A DNA stretch of 64,000 nucleotides from the human T2T-CHM13v2.0 reference genome, Homo sapiens: the NCBI RefSeq assembly GCF_009914755.1, contig NC_060926.1; one strand, written 5' to 3'. How positions within the stretch are numbered: the stretch's first letter is position 1; every line of letters begins with the position of its first letter. Below the pieces are notes generated by a model. It made no database searches and was not told the origin of the DNA. It saw only the letters and a list, made by a program, of their open reading frames with translations. Below, one piece after another: positions 1-21,940 of this stretch. The position numbers and the translations under genes are program-made.

Positions 1-250
1 AGTGCAGTGGCATAATCTCAGCTCACTGCAACCTCTGCCTCCCGAGTTCAAGCGACTCTCCTGCCTCAGCCTCCTGAGGAGCTGGGATTACAGGTGCCTG
101 CCATCATGCCCAGCTAATTTATATATTTTTAGGAGAGATGTGGTTTCCCCATGTTGGTTAGGCTGGTCTCGAACTCCTGACCTCAAGTGATCCACCCGCC
201 TTGGCCTCCCAAAGTGCTGGGATTGCAGGCGTGAGCCACCACACTGGGCC
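1..250 (-). mobile_element. Alu (truncated by window edge)
   Basis: Antisense Alu consensus (gctcactgcaacctctgcctcc...caaagtgctgggatt...gtgagccacc). Confidence 0.95.
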
Positions 251-739
251 TCGTGTCCAGTTTCCTATACATCAGTTTCCCCCTAAGTGGTCCAGCAAAA
301 AATGCCTTTCTATCTTCTTCCCGACTCCACACCTCAAATCGGCGGTTTGCGCCTTCCACCCTCCATCCTCAGGTGGGCTCTGTCCTGGCCGGTGGGCTCG
401 AGGCCAGGGTTCTACCGCCCCTCCCCAACCCACCCTTCCGTTTGCCTCTCCCCTGGTGGAACCTGTGTTCTGGGTTCCACGGCTTCCTGTCTTTCGGCTT
501 CCCACCTTGTTTTCCCAAAGGACATCCTTTGTGAACAAGAATGCATGGCAGGTATCTTGGAGTCCTTGCACGTCTGAAGACGTTTTAAGTCTCCCTGACC
601 CTTGGCTGAAAATGAAATTTGAGGCTGGGAGTTATTTTCCTACATTATTGTTATTTTCGGTTATTTCTATTTTTTCATATTATAAAGACTGTGTTAGGTG
701 CTGCCTATTTTATTATTTTATTTTATTTTTTTATTGTAA

Positions 740-875
740 GAAACAAGGTCTGGCTCTGTAGCCCAGGCTGGAGCACAGTGGGGCCATCATAGCTCAATGT
801 GATCCCTAACTCCTGGGCTCAAGTGATCCTCCTGCCTCGGCCTCCCAAAGCACAGGACACCACGATGCCCAGCCT
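740..875 (-). mobile_element. Old Alu monomer/partial AluJ
   Basis: Diverged antisense Alu arm (cccaggctggag...ctcctgggctcaagtgatcctcctgcctcggcctcccaaag). Confidence 0.8.
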
Positions 876-1693
876 AGTGTTTTTGGTTTTTTTTATATAT
901 ATACAGCTAAACCAGTTCTCTAGGATAAAGTCCTAAATGGGTCAAAGGTCGACACATTTTTAAAGGTTTAAAACAATACATGTTGCACAATGCCATCCGG
1001 CACCACCCTATTTCAGTGCCTTTGTTCTGTGCTGCTTTTGTATTTTCATCAGACCTGGATATCAACACTTTAAAAAGTTGTTTGCCAGTTTGATGAGAAA
1101 AATGATGTTTAGACAGCTGGCTCTAGAAGGGTGGGAGGTGCCGGGAGGTGTGAGGCAGGACCTGGGCCTGCTCCCACCTTCCTTGCCATCTCTGCTGCGC
1201 TCTCAGGGCTGGCGGGAGGACGGGGCAGGACAAGCGCTGGAGGCAGCCTCTCCCAGGTGTCCCCGGCACGCTCTGCTTCCTGTTATCCCTCTGTGCAAGC
1301 ATAAATACGAACATGAAGATGGGAGTAAACCTAAGCTCTACACATGACCTGAGAGGGAATTCCAGGGCGAAAATGTACCCCACCCCGCCCTGGCCATGGA
1401 ACCCTGGATAAGTCATGGTGGCAGCCGGCTATTACAAATAAAGCTGTCACGGACATTCATGTGCGACCCTTTGCATGGACGTGGGTTTTCATTCCTCCCA
1501 GGTACATATTTAGGAATGGGAAGCTGGGATTATATGAAAGGTAAATGTTTAACTTTTTAAGAGACTGCCTAGCTGATTTCCAAAAATAATTTTACCATTT
1601 TTCATTTCCACCAGCAGGGTATAAGACTTGCTGTTCTGCTGCACTTTTGCCCACACTTGGTATGGCCAGTGTTTTACAATTTTAGCCATTCTG

Positions 1694-2565
1694 GGGCTGG
1701 GCATGATGGCTCATGCCTGTAATCTCAGTGCCTGGGAGGCCAAGGCGGGAGAATCCTTGAGGCCAGGAGTTGGAGAACAACCTGGGCAACATAGCAACAC
1801 CCTGTCTCTAGAAAACAAAAATAAATAAATAAAATAAAATGAAAAATTAGCCCACACAACTGTAGTCCTAGTAAAAGGTGAAGCCAGCTGGACTTCCTGG
1901 GTCAAGTGGGGACTTGGAGAAATTTTCTGTCTTAAAAGAGGATTGTAAAACGCACCAATCAGCACTCCGTAGCTGAGATTGTAAAACGCACCCATTAGTG
2001 TTCTGTAGCTAGCAAGAGGATTGTAAAATGCACCAATCAGCACTCTGTAAAATGCACCAATCAGCACTCTGTAAAACGCACCAATCCGCACTCTGTAAAA
2101 CATCCTGATCAGCAGGATCCTAAAAGTAGCCCATCGGCAGGGAGGATTGAAAAAAGGGCATTCTGATAGGACAGAAATGGAACATGGGTGGGGACAAATA
2201 AGGGAATAAAAGCTGGCCACCCCTGGAGCCAGCAGTGGCAACTTGCTCGGGTCCCTTTCCTTGCTGTTGAGGATTTGTTCTTTTGTTCTTCACAATAAAT
2301 CTTGCTGCTGCTCACTCTTTGGGTCCATGCCACTTTTAAGAGCTGTGCTGTAACACTCACCACAAATACCGCGAAGATCTGTGGCTTCATTCTTGAAGTC
2401 AGCAAGACCATGAACCCCCACCGGCAGGAACCAAACTCCAGATACACTAGCTACTCTGGAAGCTGAGGCAGGAGGATCACTTGAGACCAGAAGTTGCAGG
2501 TTACAGCAAGCTTCTGTCACTGCACTCTAGCCTGGGCCACACAGTGAGACCCTGTTTCTCAAAAT
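1694..2565 (+). mobile_element. AluJ-like element split by an LTR12 insertion (1694-1871 and 2447-2565)
   Basis: Left arm and linker end at tgtagtcctag; the right arm resumes with ctagctactctggaagctgaggcagg after the LTR. Confidence 0.9.
1872..2446 (+). mobile_element. Solo LTR12-family (ERV9) LTR, LTR12F-like
   Basis: Starts with aggtgaagccagctggacttcctggg, has repeated gtaaaa(c/t)gcaccaatcagcactc CCAAT units, an AATAAA and a terminal CA; 4-bp TSD ctag at 1868-1871 and 2447-2450. Confidence 0.92.
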
Positions 2566-2748
2566 GAAAATTAGCCTTTCTAGTGGAGATATAGTGGTAT
2601 CTTATAGACGTTTTTGTTTTCGCTGAAGTTTTAATCTGCATTTCCCTAATGATAGTGAGATTATTTTTTCATGTCCTTATTTGCCACCTGTAGATCATCT
2701 CTGGTGAAATCTCTGTTCAAAATTTTGCCCTTTAAAAAAAATTAAACT

Positions 2749-3045
2749 GGCCGGGCTCAGTGGCTCACATTTGTAATCCCAGCACTTTGGAAGGCCGAGG
2801 AGGGTGGATCACCTGAGGTCAGGAGTTCAAGACCACCCTGGCCAACATGATGAAACCCCGTCTCTACTAAACATACAAAAATCTGCCAGGTGTGGTGACA
2901 TGTACCTGTAATCCCAGCTACTTGGGAGGCTGAGACAGGAGAATCGCTTGAACCCGGGAGGCGAAGAGGTTGCAGTGAGCCAAGATGGCACCACTACACT
3001 CCAGCCTGGGTAACAGGGAAACTCCATCTAAAAAAAATAAAAAAT
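2749..3045 (+). mobile_element. AluS
   Basis: Full-length Alu from ggccgggc to A-tail. Confidence 0.95.
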
Positions 3046-3178
3046 GAACTGTTTGTCTTACTATGTTATAATAGCTGTAAATATGTATTCTAGGTACGAG
3101 TATATGTTTTGGAAATAATTTCCATTTGTGGCTTGCTTTTCCATTTTTGTAATTTTTTTTTCTTTTAAAAACTTTTTA

Positions 3179-4641
<1,463 letters not shown>

Positions 4642-5285
4642 AAAAATAAAATAACTATAGACTCACATGAAGTTGCAAAATCAGTACATAGAGTGCCATT
4701 ACCCTTCCTCATCTTCCCTCAAGTGTTGCTGCTTATGTAACTGCAGTACAATAGCTAACTCAGGAAACTGACATGGTACCATCCCGGTAATTAGACTACA
4801 GACCTCATTCAGCTTTCATGAGTTTTGATATGTACTCATTTGTGTGTGTGGTTCTTTGTGATTTAATCTCGTGTATAGAATGACGGGACCACCGCCACAA
4901 TCAATATGGAAGTAGTTCATCACCATGAAGACATTCCCTGGGCTACCCTTTATAGTTGCACTCACCTCCTGCACCCCGCCCCTGTCTCTCAGCAACTATT
5001 AATCTGTACTTTATTTCTATAGTTTGATCATTTTCAAGATGTTATACAGAATACGGACTCGTACTACAGTATGTAACCTTTTGTTACTGACTTTCTTCTA
5101 GCAAACATGGTTGCCTTGAGATCAGTCTAAGTGGTTGAATGGATCAAGAGTTGCTACTTTGTACTGCTGAGTAGTATTCCGCTGTATGGATGTATACTGC
5201 ATCCAGAGTGTATATCCAGAGATTTTTTTTTTCTTTTGAGATAGGTCTCACTCTGCTGCTCAGGCTGAAGTGCAGTGGTACGATC

Positions 5286-5698
<413 letters not shown>

Positions 5699-5803
5699 CA
5701 GTGGTATGATCTTTAGGTTGGCTCACTGCAGCCTCTACCTTCAGGCTCAAACGATCCTCTCACTTCAGTCTCCTGAGTAGCTGGGACCACAGGGGCATGC
5801 CAC

Positions 5804-6523
5804 TGTTACAAGTAGTTAGACAGGCATGGGTGGGGCAGGAGAGGACTCTTTTCCCCCACCCACTAGAAATGTCAGGTGATGGTTTGACAATATTCACAAT
5901 ACCTCTCTAAAAACAATTCGGCAGCCAGCACCAAAAAGAGACAAGCTCCTGCTGATCCACAGCTGTTAACCTTAAAGTGTTAATTGAATGCAGGCGCTAG
6001 GGAGAAGCAAAAAGGGCTTCCAATAAAATCTCAGGGATTGGGCCAGTGAGCCTGGGCATGCGCATTAAGAGACAAGATGGCAAAGTAGGGTTTTCCAGGA
6101 GCCGTCTGCCAGAAAAGGGAAGAAAGCCTCAGATACAACTTGCTACTAAACCCACTGTGGGTGCTCGCCTCCCACGGGTGAGGAGGGCAGTGCATGCGGG
6201 CAGCCCACCCTGAGGGAAGAATCATGGGAAAGGGGCGCAGGATGCTGGAGGTGGGCCAGCCTATAAAGTCCCAGCTGCAAGGTTCAGCACTGCACTTGTT
6301 CTTCATGCTGCCTGTCTGGGTCTCTTCCAAGCATACCTTCCTTTCTTTCCTGTTCTAAAGCCTTTTCAATAAACTTCCACTCCTGTTCTGAAACTTGCCT
6401 CGGTCTCTTTTTCTGCCTTATGCCCCTCATTTGAATTCTTTCTTCTGAGGAGGCAAGAATCGAGGGTGCTGCAGACCTGTCAGGATTCGCCGTTGGTAAC
6501 TCAGATACCGGCCGCCGGTAACA
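5804..6523 (+). mobile_element. Solo ERV1 LTR, MER50-like
   Basis: tgttaca...ggtaaca termini, TATA-like ctataaa near 6261, AATAAA near 6368, 4-bp TSD ccac at 5800-5803 and 6524-6527. Confidence 0.85.
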
Positions 6524-6745
6524 CCACCACAGCTGGCTAATTTTTGGTATTTTTTGTAGAGATGGGGTTTTGCCATGTTGCCCAGGCTTGTCTAGAATAC
6601 CTGAGCTCAAGCGATCCTCTCGCCTCGGCCTCCCAAAGTGCTGGATTACAGGCATGAGCTACTGTGCCCAGCCTTATCCAGAGATTTTTAAACCATTCAC
6701 CTATTGAAGGACTTTTTGGTTGTTTTTTCGGTTTCTGAATATTAT

Positions 6746-7185
6746 TGTTGACAAAGAAAATCGAACTCCATAAAGTATTTGAAGACTTTTATTCTGAGCC
6801 AAATGTGAGTGACCATGGTCTGCAACACAGCCGCAGGAGATCCTGAGAACGTGGTCAGTCTACAGGTTGGTTTTATACGTTTTAGGGAGACTTAAGACAT
6901 CAATTAATACATGTAAGATGTACGTTGGTTGGGAAAGACGGGACAACTGGAAGTAGAGGTGGGTGGGATGGGGTGGGGTTCTGGGTCATAGGCCGATTGA
7001 AGGATTTTCTGATTGGCAATTGGTTGAGAGTTTATCTAAAGCCTTGGAATCAGTAAAAGGGAGTGACCACCGCACTCCCGTGATGGCCTGGACTAGTGTT
7101 TCAGGTTTATTTTAGAAAGCCCTTGGCCGATAGGAGGGGTCCATTCAGTTGGTTGAGGGGCTTATAATTTTATTTTTGGTTTACG
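6746..7185 (-). mobile_element. Solo MER4-group LTR
   Basis: Reverse complement of the (t)gtaaaccaaaaataaaatt start; TSD ttat at 6742-6745 and 7186-7189. Confidence 0.85.
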
Positions 7186-7195
7186 TTATGAATAA

Positions 7196-7526
<331 letters not shown>

Positions 7527-7628
7527 CTGTGCACAGGTTTTTGTGTGAGCATGAGTTTTCATTTCTTTGGGATAAATGTCCAAGAGTGTGAGTGCTGGTT
7601 GTTTTATAGGTACATGTTTAGTTTATAA

Positions 7629-8665
<1,037 letters not shown>

Positions 8666-8765
8666 TGTTTGCATTTTTCTAATGGCTGATGGTGTTGAAC
8701 ATCTTTTCATTTGCCTATTTTCCATCTCTATCTCCCAGACTAGTCTATTTTCTGTTGCTTTAATG

Positions 8766-9630
<865 letters not shown>

Positions 9631-10370
9631 ACAGAATCCCTGAAACTGGGTAATTTATGAAGAAAAGAAACTTGTATCTTACATTTATAGAGACTGAGAA
9701 GTCCAAGTTCGAGAGGTTGCGTTTGGTGGGAGCCTTCTGGCTGGTGGGGTAATTTTGTGTCTAAGTTTATAAGATATTGGCCTATAGTTTTATTTTTATT
9801 TATTTATGTTTTAGTACTGTCTTTGTCCGTTTGTGATTTCAGGGTCTCATAAAATGAGATTGGAAGTGTTCCCAACTCTTCTGTTTTCTGGAAGAAATTG
9901 TATAAAATTGGTGTTAATTCTTTAAATGTTTTGGAGAACGCTCTGGTGAAACTATCTGGGCATGGAGACTTTTTTTTTTTTTTTTAATGAGACAAGATTT
10001 TGCTCTGTCACCCAGGCTTGAGTGCTGTGGAATGATCTTGGCTCACTGCAGCCTTGACCTCCTCGGTTCAAGTGATCCTCCCTCCTCAGCCTCCTGAGTA
10101 GTTGGGACTACAGGCACATGCCATCATGTCCAGCTAATTTTTGTATTTTTTGTAGAGATGGGGTTTTGCCATGTTGCCTAGGCTGGTCTTGGACTCTTGG
10201 GCTCAAGTGATCCACCTGCCTTGGCCTGCCAAAGTGCTGGGATTACGAGCATGAACTATTGTGCCTGGCCCCTTTTTCAATTTCATTGAATTCTGCTTTT
10301 TTTTTTTTTTTTTTTTTTTTTTGAGACAGAGTCTTTCTCTGTCACTGAGGCTGGAGTGCAATGGGTGTGA

Positions 10371-10529
<159 letters not shown>

Positions 10530-10760
10530 TAAATCCTATCATGCTTTCTAATGTAAGCATTGAATGCTATAAGTTTTCTTCTCAGCCGGGTGCAGTGGTT
10601 CACGCCTGTAATCCCAGCACTTTGGGAGGCCGAGGCAGGCAGATTGCCTGAGCTCAGGAGATCGAAACCAGAATGGGCAACATGGTGAAACCCCATCTCT
10701 ACTAAAAATACAAAAAATTAGCTGGGCGTGGTGATGGGCGCCTGTAGTCCCAGCTACTCA

Positions 10761-10901
<141 letters not shown>

Positions 10902-10978
10902 TTAGAAGTATCCCACCAATTTTGATATGTTGTATTTTCATTTGCATTTAGTTCTATTTTTTTTGTTTTGTTTTCTGA

Positions 10979-11276
<298 letters not shown>

Positions 11277-11583
11277 TGAGGCTTTCTTTTTTACTTACGA
11301 ATTATTCAGAAGTGTGTTGGTTAATTACCAAGCATTTGGCGATTTTTCCTGTTTTCTTTCTGTTATTGATTTCTAGTTTAAGTCCATTATGGTCAGGGAA
11401 TATACTCTACATGATTTTAATTATTTTAAGTTTGTTAAGTTTGCTTTATGACCCAAGATATGCTCTATCTTGATTAATATTATATAGGCACTTAAAAAGA
11501 CTGTATTCTGCTGTTGTTGGCTAGGCTGTCTTATAAACGTCAGTTAAATCCTGTTTGATAGTGTTGCTCAGTTTTTACATGTC

Positions 11584-12728
<1,145 letters not shown>

Positions 12729-12997
12729 ATGTCCTTACTGATTTTCTATCTAATTTCTATGTATTTCCAACTGTAACTGTGGATTTGTCTACTCCTTTCA
12801 GCTCAGTTTTTGCTTCATGTATTTTGGGGCTCTGTTGTTTGGTGCATATGTATTTGGGATTGTTTTCTTCCTGGTGGATTGATTCTTTTATCATTATACA
12901 ATATCGCTCTTTGTTTCCAGTAATTTTTTCTCTGAAGTCTACTTTATGTGATATTAATATAGTGACTCCTGATTTTTTAAAAAATAATGTTTTTATG

Positions 12998-13410
12998 CTG
13001 CTATGATTTGAATGTCTCCTTCAAAACTGATGTTGAAATGTAATTCCCAATGTGGCAGTATTGAGTGGTGGGACCTTTAAGAGGTGACTGGATCATGAGG
13101 CCTCTGCCTTAATGAATGGATTAATGGGTTAATGGATTAATGGTTTATCATGGGAGGGAAACTGGTGGCTTTACAGGAAGAGGAAGGGAAACCTGGGCGA
13201 GCACATTAGCACCTCAGTCCCTCACCGTGTGATACACTGCATTGCCTTGGGGCTCCGTAGAGAGTCCCCACCAGCCAGAATGCTCTCACCAGATGTGTCC
13301 TCTTGACCTTGGGCTTCCCAGCCTCCAGAGCTATAAGAAATAAGTTTTATTTATTATAAATTAGTCAGTTTCAGATATCCCATTATAAGCAACAGAAAAT
13401 GGACCAAAAT
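12998..13410 (+). mobile_element. MaLR LTR (MLT1A/MST-like)
   Basis: tgctatgatttgaatgtc...ataagcaacagaaaatggac. Confidence 0.8.
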
Positions 13411-13524
13411 GCATATATCTTTTTTCCTCCTTTTTCAGCCTACCTATGTTGTTATGTTTGAAGTCAGTAGGTAGCACATAGTTGGGTTGCGTTTTAAAAA
13501 TCCCCTTTGCAATCTTTGTCTTAA

Positions 13525-14037
<513 letters not shown>

Positions 14038-14859
14038 GTTTAGTGGTTAGGAATCTTGGTCCAAAAGAGGTTATTATTATGTGCATATTTGAATAAGAGA
14101 GTTAAGGATCATCTGTATTTCTAATATTTCAATATTTCCAATATTTTTGTAGTTTTTTTTTTTTTCTGTGTCTTTTCCTGTTTCCTTTTCTTGCTCTCCT
14201 CTGGGCTACTTAGGGGAGTGGTCTACATTACAATTTCTCTATAGTTTTTTTTTTTTAGGAGTTTGGGAGGGGAGGTTCAATAGGCAAGAGAGAGAGAGAA
14301 AGACAGAGAAAGGAAAAAGAGAGAGGGGGCCGGGTGCAATGGCTCAAACCTGTAATCCCAGCACTTTGGGAGGCTGAGGTTGGTGGATCACGAGGTCAGG
14401 AGATCGAGACCATCCTGGCAAACACGGTGAAACCCCGTCTCTACTAGAAATACAAAAAAAAAAAATTAGCTGGGCGTGGTGGCTGGCACTTGTAGTCCCA
14501 GCTACTTGGGAGGTTGAGGCAGGAGAATGGCATGAACCCAGGAGGCAGAGCTTGCAGTGAGCTGAGATTGTGCCACTGCGCTCCAGCCTGGGCGATAGAG
14601 TGAGACTCCATCTCAAACCAAAAAAAAAAAAAAAAAAAGAGAGAGGGGACTTCCAAGAGGAAAGGGCCATATAGTTTTTTTTTTAAATTAGCTTTCTATG
14701 TATACTTTTTGTGTATGTGGTTGCTCTAGGTATGACAATATACATATGCAACTTATCACAGTTGACTGGTACTGATATTTTACCATTGCAAGTAAAATGT
14801 AGAAAGCTTATTCCCATTTATGTTCTTTTTTCCTCCTCACTTTAAAAATATAATTGTAT

Positions 14860-15102
14860 TAGTGTCACATAAACACATTTAGGTCAACTGACCACATATA
14901 TAACAGCTGTCCCATAAGATTATAGTACCTCTTCTATGTTTAGATATGTTTAAATAAACAAATGCTTACCATTGTGTTATAATTGCCTATAATATTCAGT
15001 ATAATCACATGCCATTATACTCTATGATGTTTGCACAATGACAGAATTGCCTAATGACTCATTTCTGAGAATGTATCCCTGTCATTAAGTGACACATGAC
15101 TA
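14860..15102 (-). mobile_element. Tigger3/MER7-like DNA transposon remnant
   Basis: Ends with catttctgagaatgtatccctgtcattaagtgacacatgacta, like the Tigger3 terminal inverted repeat. Confidence 0.75.
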
Positions 15103-15205
15103 TGTTTCCTGTACATATATTGAGCATCACATTAGACCATTTTTAAAATCAAACATGATTTTAAAAACTATAAGGACAGTTATTATATTTAACCCTATTT
15201 TTTAA

Positions 15206-15723
<518 letters not shown>

Positions 15724-16095
15724 TAGCTAGGATCACAGGTGCATGCCACCACGCGTGGCTAAGTTTTTGTATTTTTAGTAGAGACAGGGTTTCACCATGT
15801 TAGCCAGGATGGTCTCGATCTCCTGACCTCGTGATCTGCCCACCTCAGCCTCCCAAAATGCTGGGATTACAGGCATGAGCCACTGTCCAATTCCCAGAGA
15901 ATGGCTTTTAAGCGTTCTTTAGGAGTAGGTCAGCTGGTGACAAATTTGCTTGTGCTCCTCTGCCTGACAGACTTAATTTCTCCTCATTCCTAATGGAAAT
16001 TTTTATTCGCCATGGAGTTGACATTGATAGTTTTTTTCATTCAGCACTGGAAAATGGTTTTGCCACTTCCTCCTTGCCTCCATGGTTTCAGATAA

Positions 16096-16840
<745 letters not shown>

Positions 16841-17515
16841 AGGGGAGGTGATTTTTAAAAAGGTTGAGAAACATTGGTTTAACCTAAATATTATTTACTG
16901 TTACCTGTTTTTTGAATCGTATATAACTGGAGTCCTCTGCAGCAGGCAGTTTTGAGGGTCACGCATGCCTGTGCATTCATTCCTTTTCCTTGCTGTCTAC
17001 TTACCAGTTTCTTACCTGCTCCCTCCAGTGAATAGCCACTTGGATTGTTTTCAGGTTTCTGCTTTACAGACAAGGCTCCTGCACACATTCTTCTATGTGG
17101 GTCCTGGCCCACATGTGCCAGGGTCTCCCGGGTGTATACACTCAGAGGAGTGGGCTTGCAGGGCCCTAGGAAAGCAGCTTTACTGGTTGCCCACATTTAC
17201 TGGGTCCTGCCAATCTGTGTTTCAAAGTCAGTGCACAGTTTACATTCCCGCCAGTTGTGTATGCAAGTTCCTTTTTCTCTAAGTCTTCCCCAACACTTTA
17301 TGTTGACAAGAGATTTTAAATTTTGCTGATTTAGTGGGTGTGGAATGGCATGTCCTTGTTTTAGTTTACATTTCGTTGATAATAAATGAAGTTGGACATC
17401 TTTTCACACATTTAATGGGCCTCCTGGTTGCTCTCTAGGAAGATCTGTTCTGGGTTTTAATTCTTTGAGTTTTGCCTTTTTCCTCTTAGTTAATAAACGA
17501 AAAACAAATACATAA

Positions 17516-18517
<1,002 letters not shown>

Positions 18518-18699
18518 TAAACAACAGAACTTGGGGCTAGGTGTGGTGGCTCACGGTTGTAATCTCAGCACTTTGGGAGACCGGGGCAGGAGGAGTGCTC
18601 GAGCCCAGGAGTTGGAGACCAGCCTGGGCGCTCTCACAGCTCACTGCAGCCTCGACCTCCTGGGCACAAGTGATCCTCCTGCCACAGCGCCTCCCAAAG

Positions 18700-19780
18700 T
18701 GCTGGGATTACAGGCGTGGGCCACCGCGCCCGGCTAAAAATCAGTCTTTTCCTTTGGCTTCTGGTCTCTTCGCCTCGTTTAAGAACTCCTAGCTGCGGCC
18801 GTCCGGACTCTCCCTGGTGCTGGTGGAAGTTTCTGGGGCGCACTCTCATGTTGCTGCCTGGGGAGTCTTGCACCCCACAAGTGCGCCTCTCTCCTCCCGC
18901 GTGAGGCTGGGGGGCCGGCTTGGTTGTGCAGGGGAGAGGAGGCCCAAGGGGCTGCGCCCGGTCACCCGCGCGACCACCGCGGGCCGAGGCGGGAGCGCGG
19001 CGGCGGCTGTGGCGGAGTCACCTTGCGCTCTACCTCCCTGCTCTTCCCTTCCAGGCGAGCTTGGGGACGAGGAAGGCCGAGCCCGGCGGCGCGGCCCGAG
19101 CGCCCGCTTCCTCGCCAGCATTGGGTTCCCTGAGGGGCCGCCCTGCCCCGCGTCAGCCTCTGCAGCCTCCAACCCTCCCGGGGAGCACAGCGGGACGCTG
19201 GAAGCCCCACTGCCTTAGGAGGCCGTTCTCGGGAGGGCCGCCCCGTTTAGAAGATGGGAAAGGTGCAGAAAAAGAAGACCAATAGACGATGTCCCCACTC
19301 GCACACAGGGCCAGGTTCCCTGCCCGCCCTGCCCTTCGCTCTCCCGGCGGCGACGGCCGCGCGACCTTTCCGGGGACGGTCTCGGGAGTGCCATGGGGTC
19401 CCTGGGGCTCGGATCTCGGCGCCCGCGTCTCCGCCGGGGGCGACCCCACAGCCAGGCTCCTTCTTCGGCACAGAACCCGCCTCGGCTACCGGCCTCCAGC
19501 CCCCTTTCTAAATTCCTGCCGGCCTCGGGGTTCGGGTGACAGGGCCCGGGGACTGGGTGGCGAGGAGAGAGGACAGGTTTCCTCCGGTCGGGCGGGGTGG
19601 CGCGGCTGCGCGAGGGGTTCTGTTTGGAGGGCAGCGCGGAGCCCTCTGCTGGCCGCGGTGGGGACCGCTGGCTCCCCTGAAGTCACCAGGCCGGCGACGC
19701 TGCAGCCAGTCCTTCCTCGTCCTCCTTCCTCCCTGTGCAAAGGTGGGCTCAGTACCACGTGGAAATCACCGTGGCACAGG
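18700..19780. promoter_or_regulatory. CpG island (orphan; no recognisable coding exon)
   Basis: About 1 kb of very GC-rich, CpG-dense non-repetitive sequence (cccgcgcgaccaccgcgggccgaggcgggagcgcggcggcgg); GC boxes and a CCAAT near 19279. Confidence 0.88.
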
Positions 19781-20256
19781 CACCAGGTGGGTGGGTTTGA
19801 GAAGCTGTGCAGTGTCCAACATCCTGTTACAAAGGAATTGCAGGTATTTAAGAATTAAAGAAAAACTATTCTCTTTTCTACTTACGTGTATCACTTTCTC
19901 AAACGCCAGCTGAGTAATTAGCATATACGTGCTTGTTGGGTGGCTTGGACCTAACTACTTAATAAATGCACCTGCCAGGTGTTGCCTGCGCCTAGGAGGC
20001 CCTGCAAATTTTCGAAGACACGGAGGGCTCCATGAACTGAAGTTGGGAACTGGAGGTTCCCAAATTTAAACATTAACATCTTCCTCAGGAGGGTGGCCAC
20101 AGGTGCATTTTGGCAGTTCCCTTTGGTCAGGCGGGACACCAGAGGGGCCTGATGTCAGGCAGGAACTGGAAGGGGTGGATGTCTAAGCTACCTTTGCCCT
20201 GCTGAACCCTGATGGGCAGCATTTCTTTTCTGAAAGCAAAACTCAAAAGAAGAATT

Positions 20257-20794
<538 letters not shown>

Positions 20795-21940
20795 TCAGGC
20801 CATGTGGAAAGCAGCAGGGCAGCATCTGTTGAAATTTAACATGCCTCTGTCTTCGGGCCAGCAGCCCCACTCTGGGCAACCAGACGTAGAAATAAAGCAC
20901 AAGTGAGTGAGGCTGTGTACAGGGACTTTACCATGGGGCCCCAAATTGGTAACAAAGTGACTGTTTGTCACCCAGGGCTGGGTGAGTAAATTGCAGTCCC
21001 TTACAGCATGGAATATTGTGCAGCCACAAAAAGGATCCAGTGAGGCTGTGAGCAGTAGATTTCACAGGGATTTCTACAAGGCATCATTGACTGAGAAAAT
21101 CATGATACAGAAAAATGTGTGAAACAAGATGCCACTGTGCAATGAATTAACTGAATACCTCTATGTATGCATATGTGTAGAGGTATATACGCATCAATAT
21201 GCACACGTGTGCTTGATTATTATATGTAAGGATAAAGGAAAATACGGAGAATAGATGGAATACAAATTAGGTTATTGACAGGGTATCTGGGTGGTAAGAC
21301 AGAGATGGGAGAGGAAAGGGGAGTATACAGCCAAGAAAAGAAAGAAATGAAGACTAATTAAAGTAAATTAAAGCAAAGTTCTTGCTTATCTATTTCTATA
21401 AGGTGTTACACACATACACACATATATATGCGCACATATACACACTTCAATGTGTATACAGATATGTTTATGACAGAGGGAGATTACACACAGTTCTGTG
21501 GCAAGACATAGTGGCATGAGAAAAAAACCATTATTTTTCTTTCAAAATAAATGTATGATGGCCATGGAGTCTGTGGGTCAGGCGCTGGGGAAAAGTTCAG
21601 CTGGAGTTTCCACTTGGAGTCAGATGCCATCCAAAGGCTTACCTGTGCTGGGGACCCCCGTTCCAAGGTGGAGCCTCACACAGCTGGCAGTGTGGTGTTA
21701 ACTGCTGGCTTCTTCATGGGGCTACTTGATGTCTTCGTGGCAGTGCTGGGCAGCCGCAGGTGAACCGTGGTAGACAGATAGTAGCCATAGATAGGGCAAT
21801 TGAATGCGTGTGGCTGTGGGCTTTAGTTTGCTGACCCCTGACGTAGCCTTGGAGCCATGGTTAAGACTTTGACTTTTTCTTTGAGAGACATGGAGAGGCG
21901 CTGGGGAGCTTGAGCAAAGAAATAACCTGGCTTGGCTCAG

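Noticed and set aside
1711-2241. 176-aa ORF with repeated RVLIGAFY
   Set aside because: Antisense translation of the LTR12 CCAAT repeats
18817-19913. Overlapping Arg/Pro/Gly/Ala-rich ORFs in the CpG island
   Set aside because: Expected from stop-codon scarcity in GC-rich DNA; no recognisable domain
20093-20150. CTCF-like motifs beside the CpG island
   Set aside because: Both candidates miss core positions or spacing of CCASYAGRKGGC; not supportable without a PWM scan or ChIP data
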